Shown here piece after piece: positions 13,590-27,300 of a stretch of DNA of 64,000 nucleotides. The notes beneath the pieces are model-generated. The model was given only the letters and a program-made list of their open reading frames with translations. It was not told the origin of the DNA and made no database searches. Position 1 is the stretch's first letter, and each line of letters opens with the position of its first letter. Source of the stretch: Acanthaster planci (Eukaryota); the NCBI RefSeq assembly GCF_001949145.1, contig NW_019091361.1, forward strand, positions 3,621,854 to 3,685,853, given 5' to 3'. Position numbers and translations under genes: made by a program.

Positions 13590-16472
13590 CAGCGTACAGA
13601 GAAATCATGAAAACCAGCGTAGCCTCAGGACTGCACCTACACTATCATAACAGAAGAAGGAAAAAGAAAGTACCGGTAGTTACCGGTTGAATATGCCAAA
13701 ATTATGGGAAAACAAAATATCCAGGAATTAACAAGAGTAGCAGATAAGGAAGAATGGAACATGTTACCAAGCACAACTACATGTACAGTCCACATGTCAT
13801 CTATTAACCCTAACAGTCCTCAATCCTCCAACAGGTGAAGGACTGAGGAGTGTTACATGTAGGGTCAAGTTGATGATCAGAATCAGATGTACTTGCATAT
13901 CACTCTTATGCACAGGTTGCATGTAAGTCATTAAGCCTCTTGGACCACCAGGGTCCGAAACTTGCCAAAATACAAAGAATAAGAACGTCATCGTTCAGCA
14001 GTTGTTAATCTATAATCCAGTGTTTATAGAGTACACAGTTTTAACCATGAACAACTTGCTTATACAACAGAACAAAGAACGTGTTTAGAAAATAAACAAG
14101 TTTTCCTGTTCAGCATTTTCCTTGGCGACATATAAACAATAACGGAATTGTGACTTTGTGAATTAAGTACACCCAGATCCCAGATGTATCTCTGTGCAAT
14201 GTTTGGACTTGAAGGAAGGAAAAACAACTTTCCTTCCTCCATGGTTTGGACAAACTAGAGCCCCGCCAAGACCCCAAACAGCCTGCAGATACCCCAGGGT
14301 CATGCAGATACTGAGGGGTCGAAACACTTACACCCAGCACAACAGGTGATCAACTTTACCAGACCACCAGGGCAGGTCAGGGAAGTAGAAAGAGAAGGCA
14401 GGCTTGCCTGGGGGATGATGAGGGTAGGGATGTCCCCATGTTGAGGCCACAGACATGTCCTCTAGAGAGGTCAGAGGGGATAAGAGGTGTCTTTCAGCCA
14501 GGGTCTTAATGCACAGGCGGCGCCTGTGGCTACCACACCATGGTGCCATGAAAATTCAAGCATGGAGGGTTTACCCTAGGAATTGGGAGTGCTTTCAATT
14601 CTGACAGTTTTGCTGAGTTTTATTCACACCTCAGGTGTTTCCCTGTACCAGTTTCATTGGGTATCCCTACTGTACTAAATTGAATAATGCACCAGTTTCT
14701 CACTTGTCAAATCTGTCCTGTTTTTGGTTGGAAAGGGAATCACATTTTTCACATCCCAACATTATATAAAAGCTCTTTGTGTTTAACAGTGGAGAATTAT
14801 AAAATTGCAGGTATTACAAAATGAATATGTACAAAATACATGTACATCGTGCATTAAGAGTTTCCAAGGAAATGTGAGCTAATGATTATGCCCTAGTGCA
14901 ATAAATTTAGGTCTAATGCAACTATCTTTCCACAAGAAGAAAAAAAAATGTGGGCTGAATGTGATGTAAAAAACAGTTTTATTTTCAGTTGATAAAAACT
15001 GTCAGATGAAAACAATTCAACTGTAAACCGACAACCATTTAATGTACCGTTATTTGTGTATGCATGAATACTTTCCTCTTACAGTGATGCAGAGCTACTT
15101 GATACATGTAGGCCTAAGCCAGCTCTGCCAAGCTAGGGTACATGTTTCCTTGAATGTTACAACAACCCTATCTGCAAGGCAACAATACCTTATCAGCTCA
15201 TGAGACCAACAAAGGTAAACCATATAAATATCAGACTGATAAATATTATTACACTACTATTGGATATTCATGACCTGTGATATAGTCCACTTTCTCTTTT
15301 GCCTTCAACATGTATGGACGGCCAAAGTTTGCAGAAATGTCAGGTTTTGGTCAGTTTTTGATTTCACCTCCAATCAGATCAAAATGAACAATTGTCCCAT
15401 TAATTTTAAACAGGTTTTATTTTCATTCATTAGTTATTAGTGTTGTATTTTTATCTGGTTTTCTGATCGCTGCGTGGGATTTTTAACACCTCGTGAATTG
15501 TTCTTTTACTTTTGTACCAATGGCCAACTATAGTGTTAGCGGCCTCTTGCAGGAAAAACATAATTGTGACGTCACAAGAAACGTCACAAGAACAGACTCT
15601 ACTGAAAAAAAGGTAACCGTGCAATAACCCAATCCAGCAGTAACAAACCTAATTGCGAGGGTGCTAAATATGCAATTTGACTCTGACTGTGGGTCCTTAG
15701 CCCCCCTGCCAGTTTCGAAGGAAGTCTGTGATTGAGCTGAGTGATTGGATGACAAAGTGAAGCCAAGGTGCTTCAGGGACCCAGACTTTACTCAACACTG
15801 ACTGAAGGAATGTATCCTGAACAAGTTTCAATAAGTTGTTTTGAAAAAAAAAATGAACATGTAGAAAACTTGCCTGAAGCATATGCAAGGGGACTGCATC
15901 AGCTACCGGGGCCGGGGTATACATGTAGGGTTTAAATAAAAACTTTGTGTACACGGAATGATGTGAAATGCACACAGCACCCTGAAGCATACAACATTTT
16001 ACCATAAATACTCGCTTGGATTCTACGGTACTAAAGGTCAGATGACAAAACAACCTCTCCCAAAAAATGCTAGATCTATTCCTGTCATGCAACATCTCAA
16101 ATGCAGCTCATGAGTAACTTGAGAAAATGGAAGCTAATCGAATGCTTGCTGACTGGAGTTTCTCTATTTGTCCGACATTTTGAAAGCAACAAAACATCAT
16201 TAATTAACCAGAAACTTGTCTAGTAGAATACCAAGAAAACGTCTCTTTTTAAACTATCTGTAATTGCTCTTTCCGTCTTTTTAAAGCGCTCTCGTGATAT
16301 CATGCTATTTAGAAGTGTCAATTGTTCTAAAGAATGTACACTTGACAGTAGATTCTTTAAAAACAGCTGATGTATAAAAATTGACTTGATAGACATAGAA
16401 AAAGCAGTTGTGACATCAAATTATTACTTCAAACAATAAGAAACGTTCTTGACAGTGAGGTACCGGTACAGT

Positions 16473-16560
16473 GTACATGTTCTTGACAGTTGGGTACATG
16501 TTCTTGAGAGTTGGGTCCATGTTCTTGAGAGTTGGGTCCATGTTCTTGAGAGTTGGGTAC
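16473..16560. repeat. 21-bp minisatellite, 4 units
   Basis: GT(A/C)CATGTTCTTGA(C/G)AGTTGG x4, plus a degenerate unit upstream (~16443). Confidence 0.9.
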
Positions 16561-19307
16561 ACTAGTACAACATTGTTTCTGTTCGTTTCTTCTTACTTCA
16601 GTCATATTGATAGCATGTGTTAACTTGAGAGCATACCTCCACAACTAACTTACAAATCATTTGGTATGAAGACAGTGTATGCACCCTACGATCCACTGTT
16701 GGTGCTGACTGCACATCTCTAGCTCTGTGTGTGACTTCATAAGCATGCGCTCTGCATGTGAAAGAAAAAAAATAATTGTGCACTCAACCGAACAGAACTT
16801 TAATTAATGGCTTGGTCCAGGAGCAAAGCTTTTACGTACTTGAAGATGTACACATACACACATAGCTAGCCAACACTTGACAATGGATCAAATTCATCTC
16901 AGGGATCAAAGTATGGGTAAAAACCTGTTGTTTTCTTGAACTTTACATAATTATAGACAATTGTGAAGGGAGGGATGTGGTGTAAGTCAGACAAACAACT
17001 CAAAAGGTGGAGATTCTTTGATTCAAATGGGCTCGGAAGCAGATAACTACAAGCAATACTGAAAGATGTGACTCAGGACAAACCTAATACAGTAAATGCT
17101 GAACTCCGATCATGTCTTATCTCCATGGCTTGGTATGGGAGGGGGGGAAGGCAGGCAAAGCACTCATCATCGGCGAACTACATGTGATAAATTATTAAGA
17201 GTGGGGGGTTCAATTTTGATTTTCTTTTTATTTAAGTATTCCAGCGATTTTCGACCCCTTTTATTTTTTGGTTTTCATTTCATCTTATTATTTCTTCTTT
17301 TTTTATTTTTGCAAGGCTCCCTTAGCGTGGCAAGAGCCCATCTTGCCCCAGGATCCACGTGCTACCAACAGAACTCTCTTTTCGTCTATCATCTGCATGG
17401 GAAGCCATGGGAGGCCAGTTGATAACAGGTTTGGCTTCCACAGGGCACTTGCCCCATTTAATTTTGCTGAAGAGGGACATACATGTATATCACGTAAACA
17501 TTATTGGTGAGATTTTTTACAATGTGTGATGAAGTGCACCTTTGCTTTTTTACAGAGAGCAAGCCATAGTTTTCCAAAGACTGCCAGGCAAATATAATGA
17601 CTGTGACTGGCTCCAATCCCTCTTAATTTGAGAACTTACTGTACCACTTCAAAAGCAGACCAGAGGTTGTACCACTCCATCCACAACTTTCTGAATCTTT
17701 CACCAACTCATATGAATGCTCTGAACTGCAGCTTTTTGTCCACAGAGACTTTGAGAAAATCCCCCACAGGCAGGACATGGGAATTTTCAAAACACACTTC
17801 TGCCTACCACAAATTGTGGGCATTCCTCTCAATGACAAATTCCTGCAATATCTTGTCCAGCCCTTGGTCAGAACTCCCCAGGGGATATTGTCAGAGATGT
17901 TGTAAGTGTACAATGACATTTGAGTGGCCAAACAGTAACAGGCCTCCCACAGCATCTCAGTGGGCACAGTCACGTCACTGAGTATTCCCACTTTATGACA
18001 ATTAAAAACAATTTCCACTTCTGATCCAAAACCTTTCTTCTGTTGGGATTATGCCTTATGAAAACAAACATCCTACACCTTAAAGTAGGCGCCTGTTGAA
18101 AAAAAACCCTGGGGCATGTAGGTAGTGTAAGCAGGTCCCCGCAGCGCGCTCTTTACGCCCTGTTGGGAGGGTTTGCCTGCGGATGTCATTTCTGATTTGC
18201 CACGGGCATACTTGGCAGGTGGTGCTCTGTCTTGGCAAGTAAGGATATCCAAGAAAGCTTGAGGACTACACAACCAGCTCAGATCGTGAACAGTGCATTG
18301 TGATAAAATTCGGTCAAAAAAATAAAAGTCAGTTATTTTGCCCCATCCCACTTTGTAGGCCTACCAGCTGTTGAAGGTACATTGCAACTTCATAACTATA
18401 TTCTTTTCAGTCTAATGACCGGTCCTTCCCCCCCCCCTCCACTTTTAAAACTGTTCCGTCGCTGTTGGGTGCATGTACATGAGTACCACCAGGTACATGT
18501 GCATTTTGTGAGGCACATGGTTCCCTTGCTTGGCTCCCTGGTCCGCCAATGTCTAGAGCTGTAGTTTTTACAAAGGTTGAGGTTACAAACCTTATTGCTC
18601 CGAGTCTGAACTTGCCAACTAGCCTATATCATTCATTGGTCTTAATGTAGGTCCCCAGGCCTACTTCATCATACATACAAGGGGTCTCAGGAATCAAGAT
18701 ATTGGAATCTTCCATCCACGTGCCTGGAATAACAATAGACCCCATTCGCCACAAAGCACTTTTGGGAATGAAAGAGAACAATCGTGCAGATCACGCCCAA
18801 CAGGTGGGCCTGTATCAACAATAAAATAATTTGCGTAGCCTAGGTTTTTTATTAGCCCGTCGAAGTTGTACATGTACCTTGTGCAAGTTGTAACGTTAGC
18901 TTCTCTTGTTGATAAAACTCCTGAACGATCCACGAGGGGACGAGAGTGGACGTGGTGCATTGGTGTTGTAAAGTCTTTGTTGCACTTGGACGGAGCTTGC
19001 GTCATTAATATTTTGCATTTATTTAATCCCACAAACTAAAATTTGGAAAAGTATAAAATACGTTTTGCCATGACCAGAGATGGTATCACTCGTTCAAATT
19101 TCAATGCGCAACAAGTATAACTGTGCGTCCGACTCGACGTGCGGTAAAGTACTGAACGCACGCAGCTGGTGAATTTTTTTTTACCGATAGCGCCCTCTAT
19201 CCATTATTTGCATTTGAGGGCGGGCTTCGAAGTGCTTAGAACTGTGGCTTCCAACTTTTGACCAATCACAGTACGGGCCCGCGATTGAAAAATAATACGA
19301 ACATAAA

Positions 19308-19422
19308 TACGATTCACAGTAGGGTGCCTCCAAGAGTTTGCAACGCGTTGGCATATCACGACGCGCGAAATCTGTCGACCCTTTCCAATCGCGCACTAGG
19401 TCGACAGATTTTGTGAATCGTA
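19308..19422. mobile_element. Foldback MITE family 1, copy with most of the right arm deleted
   Basis: TACGATTCACA...TGTGAATCGTA ends; shares CCAAGAGTTTGCAACGCGTTGG and GTCGACCCTTTCCAA with the copies at 24521 and 56688. Confidence 0.75.
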
Positions 19423-20551
19423 CTTAATCGTATTCCCGTATTGAATGTGAAATAAACAAATAATAACCAAAAAAGGAAAGTGGGAAATAATAACAGTCCA
19501 CAATTATACAAGTATACAAGGGGGGTGCAGAATTAAAGATTGCACCGGAGCGAAGATTTTTGTAAATTTATACAACAAACAGCGATGCTATTTTAGAACA
19601 ATCATTGAAAGTGGCTGAAACAGGGAAAAATAATGAAAGACCATTTTGATACAAAACAATGTCGGAACTCCGGTGAAGCAGAAGTGGGGCTGCAACTGCA
19701 AGCAATAGCACAATAGGTACCACGGTAAATGGCACAACCTGTATCCCTGTATTGTTCATGGTATGCATCCGTATTGTGTGTCGAATGGGAACCGGGATTG
19801 CCCCTGAGGCCTCCAGTTATAATTCAGTTTATGTGTATTGCCGACTTTCAAGTAGCACTGCCCACATTTCAGTCCGCGATGGTGCATTGTCTATTAAGGT
19901 CATATTCAGTTGGCCATAAATCGCTTTTGGGCCTTGCCCCATTTTCGTGCATGCGCCATAAACTTGGAATTTTATTGGTAAAAAAAGGTCCATTTTGCGC
20001 AGTCTTAATTAACAGCATGGGAGTAAGCTCAAATGTATGTAACCATAAGTAATTTATTTTAGTCTCCTATTTGTAACACTCATAGTGTGCTATAAGGAGA
20101 AGAATCTGCGCAATGCTATCTTGTTTTTAAATTTACTTTAGTTATTAAAAAAAAGTGTGTTCCCAAATTGTTAAAACCTTTTGATTTGTTGGTTTGGTCT
20201 CAGAGCGGGGGGGATCAACCCCCGGGATCCGCTCCTGGTAAAAGCGAAGTAGGGTACCAGGCTGCTGAGTAGTTTTCTCTGTATAAACAGAATTTGGAAT
20301 GGAGAAACTCTGGCTAATAAGACATGCTTTCATTTCTCCGCCGACACGGCCCAGCCGCTGCAAGGGCCGGGGGGGGGGTTCTACTATCGCTGATAGGCGC
20401 TGACGTATGACGATACTACACCCAGTTCAAGTCATCAGGACAGGATTGACTGCATGATTTGGGTGATTCTTTCCACATCCTGGCTCAGGTGAAACACCGA
20501 ATAGTGAAACACAGAATGATCGGGAGTGGCTTTACTCAGTCAACACACCTA

Positions 20552-21125
20552 NNNNNNNNNNNNNNNNNNNNNNNNNNNNNNNNNNNNNNNNNNNNNNNNN
20601 NNNNNNNNNNNNNNNNNNNNNNNNNNNNNNNNNNNNNNNNNNNNNNNNNNNNNNNNNNNNNNNNNNNNNNNNNNNNNNNNNNNNNNNNNNNNNNNNNNNN
20701 NNNNNNNNNNNNNNNNNNNNNNNNNNNNNNNNNNNNNNNNNNNNNNNNNNNNNNNNNNNNNNNNNNNNNNNNNNNNNNNNNNNNNNNNNNNNNNNNNNNN
20801 NNNNNNNNNNNNNNNNNNNNNNNNNNNNNNNNNNNNNNNNNNNNNNNNNNNNNNNNNNNNNNNNNNNNNNNNNNNNNNNNNNNNNNNNNNNNNNNNNNNN
20901 NNNNNNNNNNNNNNNNNNNNNNNNNNNNNNNNNNNNNNNNNNNNNNNNNNNNNNNNNNNNNNNNNNNNNNNNNNNNNNNNNNNNNNNNNNNNNNNNNNNN
21001 NNNNNNNNNNNNNNNNNNNNNNNNNNNNNNNNNNNNNNNNNNNNNNNNNNNNNNNNNNNNNNNNNNNNNNNNNNNNNNNNNNNNNNNNNNNNNNNNNNNN
21101 NNNNNNNNNNNNNNNNNNNNNNNNN
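20552..21125. other. Assembly gap
   Basis: Run of N. Confidence 1.
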
Positions 21126-23538
21126 TTGATGCAGAAACAGTGTCCAAGAATGAACCCTCTAAGAGTCTTGAGAAAAATAGCAGACCAGGTTTCACGGGTT
21201 AGTATCTAGTCACTTCCGATACAACCTTGACTGCGCACCTGTGTCGGCGGTCACCAGCCCAGGGGTTCCGTTGATTGCCCTCGTTTTCGGCCACCAAGAG
21301 ACCGATCTCCCCGTCATAATCATTCTTTTTCCCTCTCTTTCAGTTGGAGAGAATTGCCAAACTTCTCGTTAAATTTTTTCCAATCATTTCCATTGTCAAA
21401 CAGGTCAGAAACTGATCAATTATACCTTGAACGTGTTAAGTCTCTTAGCTCATTATAGATATAGTTTTCTTTAGTGATATAGTTCCTTCTTGTTAAATTT
21501 TGTCCTGTTTCGTTCGCCATTTTGATTGCGTGTTGCGTCTTAACCCTAAAAGAGCCGAGAGCTGAATCCATCCCCCTCGATATGTTTTTTCCAATATTAC
21601 CGCAGTTCATTATTTTCAGGAGTTGAGCCTATCCGCCCCGAAGACATGTAAACCCATAGACGGGCAGCTCCTATTCAAAACAACGGCGAGGTACCATGGC
21701 CTCAAACGGCACCCGACTAAATCCAAAAGAGTAGGCATTGACGTGTGTCTAAAACACCTGAAAAACGTTTAGTTATTTCTCCTGATTTTTTAAGTTGTCA
21801 TAGAAGCTTATTTACTGGTTTGCAACCTAAGGATGCAGTGAACTAATTCGAGTGAAAATTTCCGCTGAGCTAATTATCATTAAAGCACTTCACAGTTTCT
21901 TTTGAAAAAGGAGATTTTTTGGCAGAAAAAAAATAGAAGGATTGTGGAACGATGGGCCTGGGTTGGCAGCTTCCATTTAGTGCCAAAGTTGACAAAATTA
22001 CGGATGAAAAAGGGTCCTCAGTGCCCCAGAAAGTAAAGGGAAGGTATTTGTAAAATACTGCGAGCAGACTTGGGAATTATTATTTTTAGAGGGATGAGTT
22101 TGTTTTGCGCGAATAATTAAAATATAATTTGCTAGACACCAAAAAAAAAAAAAAAGAAAAAAAGAAATGGAAAGACTAGGGTCAAGAAACTCCAGTAATG
22201 TCAGCTTGCATGTTATTGAACCCTAAACTTTTTTGGTTTTACATTGTTTTAAATGGAGCTTGCATTACTTCATAACACCCCCAAAACTAGAACTGTATAG
22301 CTTCCATTTAAAAACCCACCCTCTCTTTTGGTCCTTCACGGAGCGGATTGAAGGCGTTCTTTCAAATTTCGCACAGCGTGCTCTCATGTACCTAGTCCAG
22401 TTGAAGATTTTTTTTTTACATTTCATTGCTAGTCTGGTCTTCAAGCTTTCAGGAAGCTTCCTTTATTTACTTTAAGATCTTTGTTTTCCTTGAGAAAAAT
22501 TATCACAGAGCCAGATTATAACCTTTATTGCGTGTTGTGTTAAAAACATCGGGAATAAGAACAAGAGAGGGGGTGGTTTTAAATAGCAACGAACGGAACC
22601 TCGACATTAACACTTGTATTGCAGTTAAAAAAAAAGATGAGGGATTCCACGAATAATTTCACACTGGTTTTCAGGGAAAATATGTTAAAGTATAATTTCT
22701 TGTAATTTGATATCTGATGATTCACAATGACTTCACGAAAGCACATCCAGCTCGAGATCGAGTTAGTACGAGATTTCATAGAAATGTCCCTCTGTTTGGA
22801 AGACATTGATTTTCATGACATGTATATTAATTGGACTTTTAGGTATTTAAAATGCATCTGAACTTTGACCCTTCATAACCCAAAAATAATAACCGAAGAA
22901 CCCTGAATCCAGAGAAAACTGTTGTGCGATTCCAGATGTGCCTCTTTATCGATTCTATAAATAGAGGTGCGAAAGAACGATTGCGCCCACAAAGTCATGT
23001 GATCTATAGTGGGTATCTAACATCAACAAACATTGCTACGACTTCAGGTACAGCGGATTTAATATCCATCAATGCAGCCAGCAACTTCACCCGAAGTAAC
23101 CGCAGGAGAGGTAGCGGGGAAACGATTGGGAAAGTTCCCTGAAGACCTGTAGCCTTTTTGTATTGAAAGTGCTGGCATTTCAGAAACGCTACTAGCACAT
23201 TTCTCTTTGGAGGGCGGAGTGGGGGCGGGTAATGAGAATTCACAGCCGTTTCCAGAAACATTTTAACCCTTCATCCAAGGCGTGGATATACCGTCGAGTG
23301 GACGATAAGCAAGTAGAACAGGAGACGACCATCAAAGGCAACAGAGATATTGTAAAGAACGCAAATGAAATACTAGAATATGGGGAGCTGGGGAACTCAA
23401 AATACGAGAAAATAACCCAAACAAAAGAAAACATTTGTTTTGAATCCGAGAAATCATTTAAATGAACCTCCAGACAGAGCCCGCTTTCCTCCATTAAAAC
23501 AAGAACATTTGAAATTACATGTGTGTAGCAGCATCATC

Positions 23539-23541
<3 letters not shown>

Positions 23542-23590
<49 letters not shown>

Positions 23591-23591
23591 N

Positions 23592-23652
<61 letters not shown>
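23542..23652. repeat. (GA)n microsatellite
   Basis: ~55 GA units with one N. Confidence 0.99.
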
Positions 23653-23654
<2 letters not shown>

Positions 23655-24301
23655 ATTCACAAAGATAATTAACAAATCTGCCTTTGTAACACAGTACAAA
23701 ATTTGGGTACTTTTTTCAACACTCGAGTTGGGATAATATGTTCCACCCTCCCCTTCATGGACTACAAATTACAATGTATTTTTTTCAATGCGTGGAATTG
23801 TTTTCTAATAGACCATTCGTTTATTAGAATGCCCAAACACTTTGAAAATGGGTGACAAAAGCATTCCATGCCTTAAAAATTCTTCCCAAGTCTGATTCTT
23901 GGTGTAATAATGTCAGGTCAACTCATCGCCGTGCCATTTTGCCCCTGACCGACTCGCTCCTTACCAAATTACTATTGTTGTTAAACTGGTATGTGTAGTT
24001 TTCACCCAAGAGATCCATGAATTCCATTTACATTTCAATTTGCCTACATATTTTTATATGTATCAATCACAAAAGATATGAAGTTAAGAAAATAAAGCAA
24101 ATCTAAATATGTTTTGTTTATCCGATTTAATAAAATTGGTAACGTAACGCGTGCATGAATATTAATAAACATTTGGATTGGAATTTAAACACGACAAATG
24201 AATACCAAACGTATAGAAACAATACACCTGTGACATGCCTATCAATTAAAGTTGGACAGAAATCAGTATACCGCTCGTGACTTTTTCAAGAGGGGAATCG
24301 G

Positions 24302-27300
24302 CTAGTAGCCGGCAGCGTAGCCCCGTTTACGTCTGTCCGAGTGAGCTTGAATAACTGGCCCTGGCCCGACGAGAATTCCCTGGGCCGCCGAGAAGGATGA
24401 GGTTAACTCCATGTTGTGGCCCATGGCTTTCAGTCCTTCAACTAGATCCTGTGAAAGATACAAGATGTAATTACATTATTTGTTATTTATATGTAATATT
24501 TCTTGGTTTTACAATACAAGCGATTCACAATAATGCGCCACCAAGAGCTTGCAACGCCTTGGCCAATCAGAACGCGCGAAATTTGTCGACCCTTTCCAAA
24601 CGCGCAATGGGTCGACAAATTCCGCGCATTGTGATCGGTCAACGCGTTGCAAACTCTTGGTGGCGCACTATTGTGAAACAGCCATATTGCCTCCGTGATC
24701 ATGCTCTATTGTGCATGTGATACCCGAATCTGAATATGACGCACCCAAAAATAATAAACATGAAAGATGAATATAAAGCAACACCAGTTCTATACTTTGC
24801 TTGGAAGGAGGAAGCTGATGTGCTCTCAGTGTTTGTTACCCAAACTGATTCTCACGCTCCACTTGTTCAAAAGATCAGCTGTTGGATGGCAGGTTAGGTA
24901 AGTTATCAAAGAAAATTATGATCAAATGACAGGTCATTTCTGTAATAGAATCCGTATAAGACTAGATAGCAACCTCTGGGAAGTTCTTTTCGTAGTAAGT
25001 CTTGTTGAGCGAGGAACTTCGGTAGGCATACACCCTGGGAGAATCGATTATCTCGGAAAGAGACTCGCTACCCCACAGTGAACGAAGAATCACCTGTTAA
25101 ATGACAAGAATAAGGAAAGAGAATACGCAAGAATTTTCCAAATGTCTGTAATCTCGTCATTTGGACACGGTATTGAAATGGATTTCTTTACTCTTTAGAG
25201 TTTGCACTTGGATTCTGATAAAATTCAAGACCACAAATATGAAAAACTCTACTGATGGTTTTCTGCAAAACAGCCGTAGAGTTTTGCCGATGAAAGCGCT
25301 GTAGGCAATCCCATCTTACCCATGCATTAGTGGAGATGATCCTCATACCTCCTGATGATCCAAGGATTCCGAGGACTCCCTTTTGGTCAGTCACGATGGC
25401 AGGGCAAATGGTGGACATTGCATGGGCGCCTGGGGACAGCCTATTGGCCTCCCATGATGGTGACCGGCCGTTGTAATAGAAGTTGCCCATGTGGCCGTTG
25501 AGGAAGAGTCCGGTCTGGTTAGAAAAGGTTCTGCTACCGAAGCTGATGGCAGTTGAGTAAATACCAGTGTCACCACAATAACAACGAGAAGCCACCATAA
25601 TGGTGGAAATGGCGTGTACATGACTGTACACGTCATATGAAGCGAGATTTGAGACGGAGAGGAACCCCCCGCTTTGTGTTGGTCATTGTTTTACTGCAAT
25701 CTGTTTTTTTTCAGATATCTAGGGGACTTGTTAGGTAGCAATAGTTTATAGTGAGTATAGCGATTGGACATGTGCGGGGGGTAACCCTCGGTCTCATTCC
25801 TTGCTGGATATAGTACGTGTACAAGTACATGCAGGTGCCCCACAGAATGGCTACCATGACGTCATATTTGATAGGGTATAGGATAGTTTCTTTAGTCTAG
25901 TTCCCATGAAGCAAACGTTTATGTAGAACAAGTACTGATTGGACAAGGGCAACGTGAAGGTATGCAGCGGTTTAAGAACTGAATGATACTTCGGTGGGGC
26001 TCAACTGCCGTACAAGGATGGGTTCGACCATTAAGCAGCCAAGAGACTCTTTTTTCGCACCCTTACTTAACTTTGGTAGCCCACACACTGAAAACAAAAT
26101 TCACACTTACTATCGTCCTACAGAAGTAGTCAGAGACACGGCGTCTCCTTGCTCAGAATACACGCTAAGGTGGCTGGTATCACCGTCCATGACGTCCTCA
26201 CCGAACATACCATCCCAAGCCTCCACGTCAGCGGCTTGGTTTTGCCCCGAGGCGGCTCTTCTGACTCTGTCGGCCGGTGAAGCGGTCTCCGGCAGATCGT
26301 TGAACGTGTCGTAATCCCGGTCAGATTGGTAAGTGACGTAAGTGTCGTTGATCATGGAACAGATAGTCTGGGCGTACTCCTTAGACGACAAGGCGGCTAC
26401 AGCCTTGTAGAAATGTAAGTTTTAAAAGGTAATCGAACAGAAACGTGATATATATTCTTACAACAAATTCAATGATGCCAAGTAAAAAATTAGACCGCGC
26501 CAATCGGTCAAAATGGCACTTGTTGGCCACATTACATAATGAAAATGACTACACTTGTCGAAATGGGACATTCTCCGAAATTCCCCAAAACTGGAACGCG
26601 CTCAGCTTTTACTTTGTACATGCCACTGTCAAACAACCGCCTCTGGTTTTGTGATCAGCTTTAGCCCTTTGTCATTAGAACCATCCCTGCTCTCGAAGCT
26701 CCCCTTTCCACACTTGGGCAGGGGGAACCAATCAGCGGCTGGGTGTTGTGCGCGGGGATACACTCTTTTAAGCCTCCTTTGGAAAAAATGTGTTGTAAAA
26801 GCCGCACCTTGTCATTTTCAGCTTTGCCGAAATCTCCAATGTGAAGTCGCAGACCGATGGCAAAGGTACTAGCCTCAATGAAATAGTGATACAACTTGAG
26901 TTTGCCCTCGTATGAGCTGAAGTTCACGGTGGCCAAGTTACACTCTGCAAGATCATAATATAACAACCACACCAAAACAAACTTATTCAACAATTCGAAA
27001 AAAAAGGAAGCTCCTCCTCTATAGATCCGACCCCATGTCTTCCACTCCAATGCTCGCTTGAACCCGCCCCAACGCCAATCACAAACTCCGCCGTCGTACA
27101 CAGTCTTATAACTCATCAGCGATGAAGGTTGATGACACTCAGAAGCTCTAATCAGCCGGCATGTAGTATGAAATGTGTAAGAGTACGTTGCACCACTGGC
27201 AGAGAAACGATTTTCAAAGTGGGGGAGGGGGGGGGAGCAGTTTTGAGACCGTCACGTATGAGCCATCAGTAGGCCAATCCATCAAGCACCACCCCAGTAT

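Noticed and set aside
16473..16560. CRISPR-like repeat array
   Set aside because: Head-to-tail 21-bp units with no unique spacers, in a eukaryotic context; a minisatellite.
20459..21209. Long ORFs in the ORF track (also 42807-43298 and 23440-23736)
   Set aside because: Artifacts of N runs or the (GA)n microsatellite.
21240..21530. Possible minus-strand gene start (AAAATGGCG, MANETGQ.., GNDWKKF)
   Set aside because: No recognisable domain, a stop in the second segment, and the downstream sequence falls in a gap.
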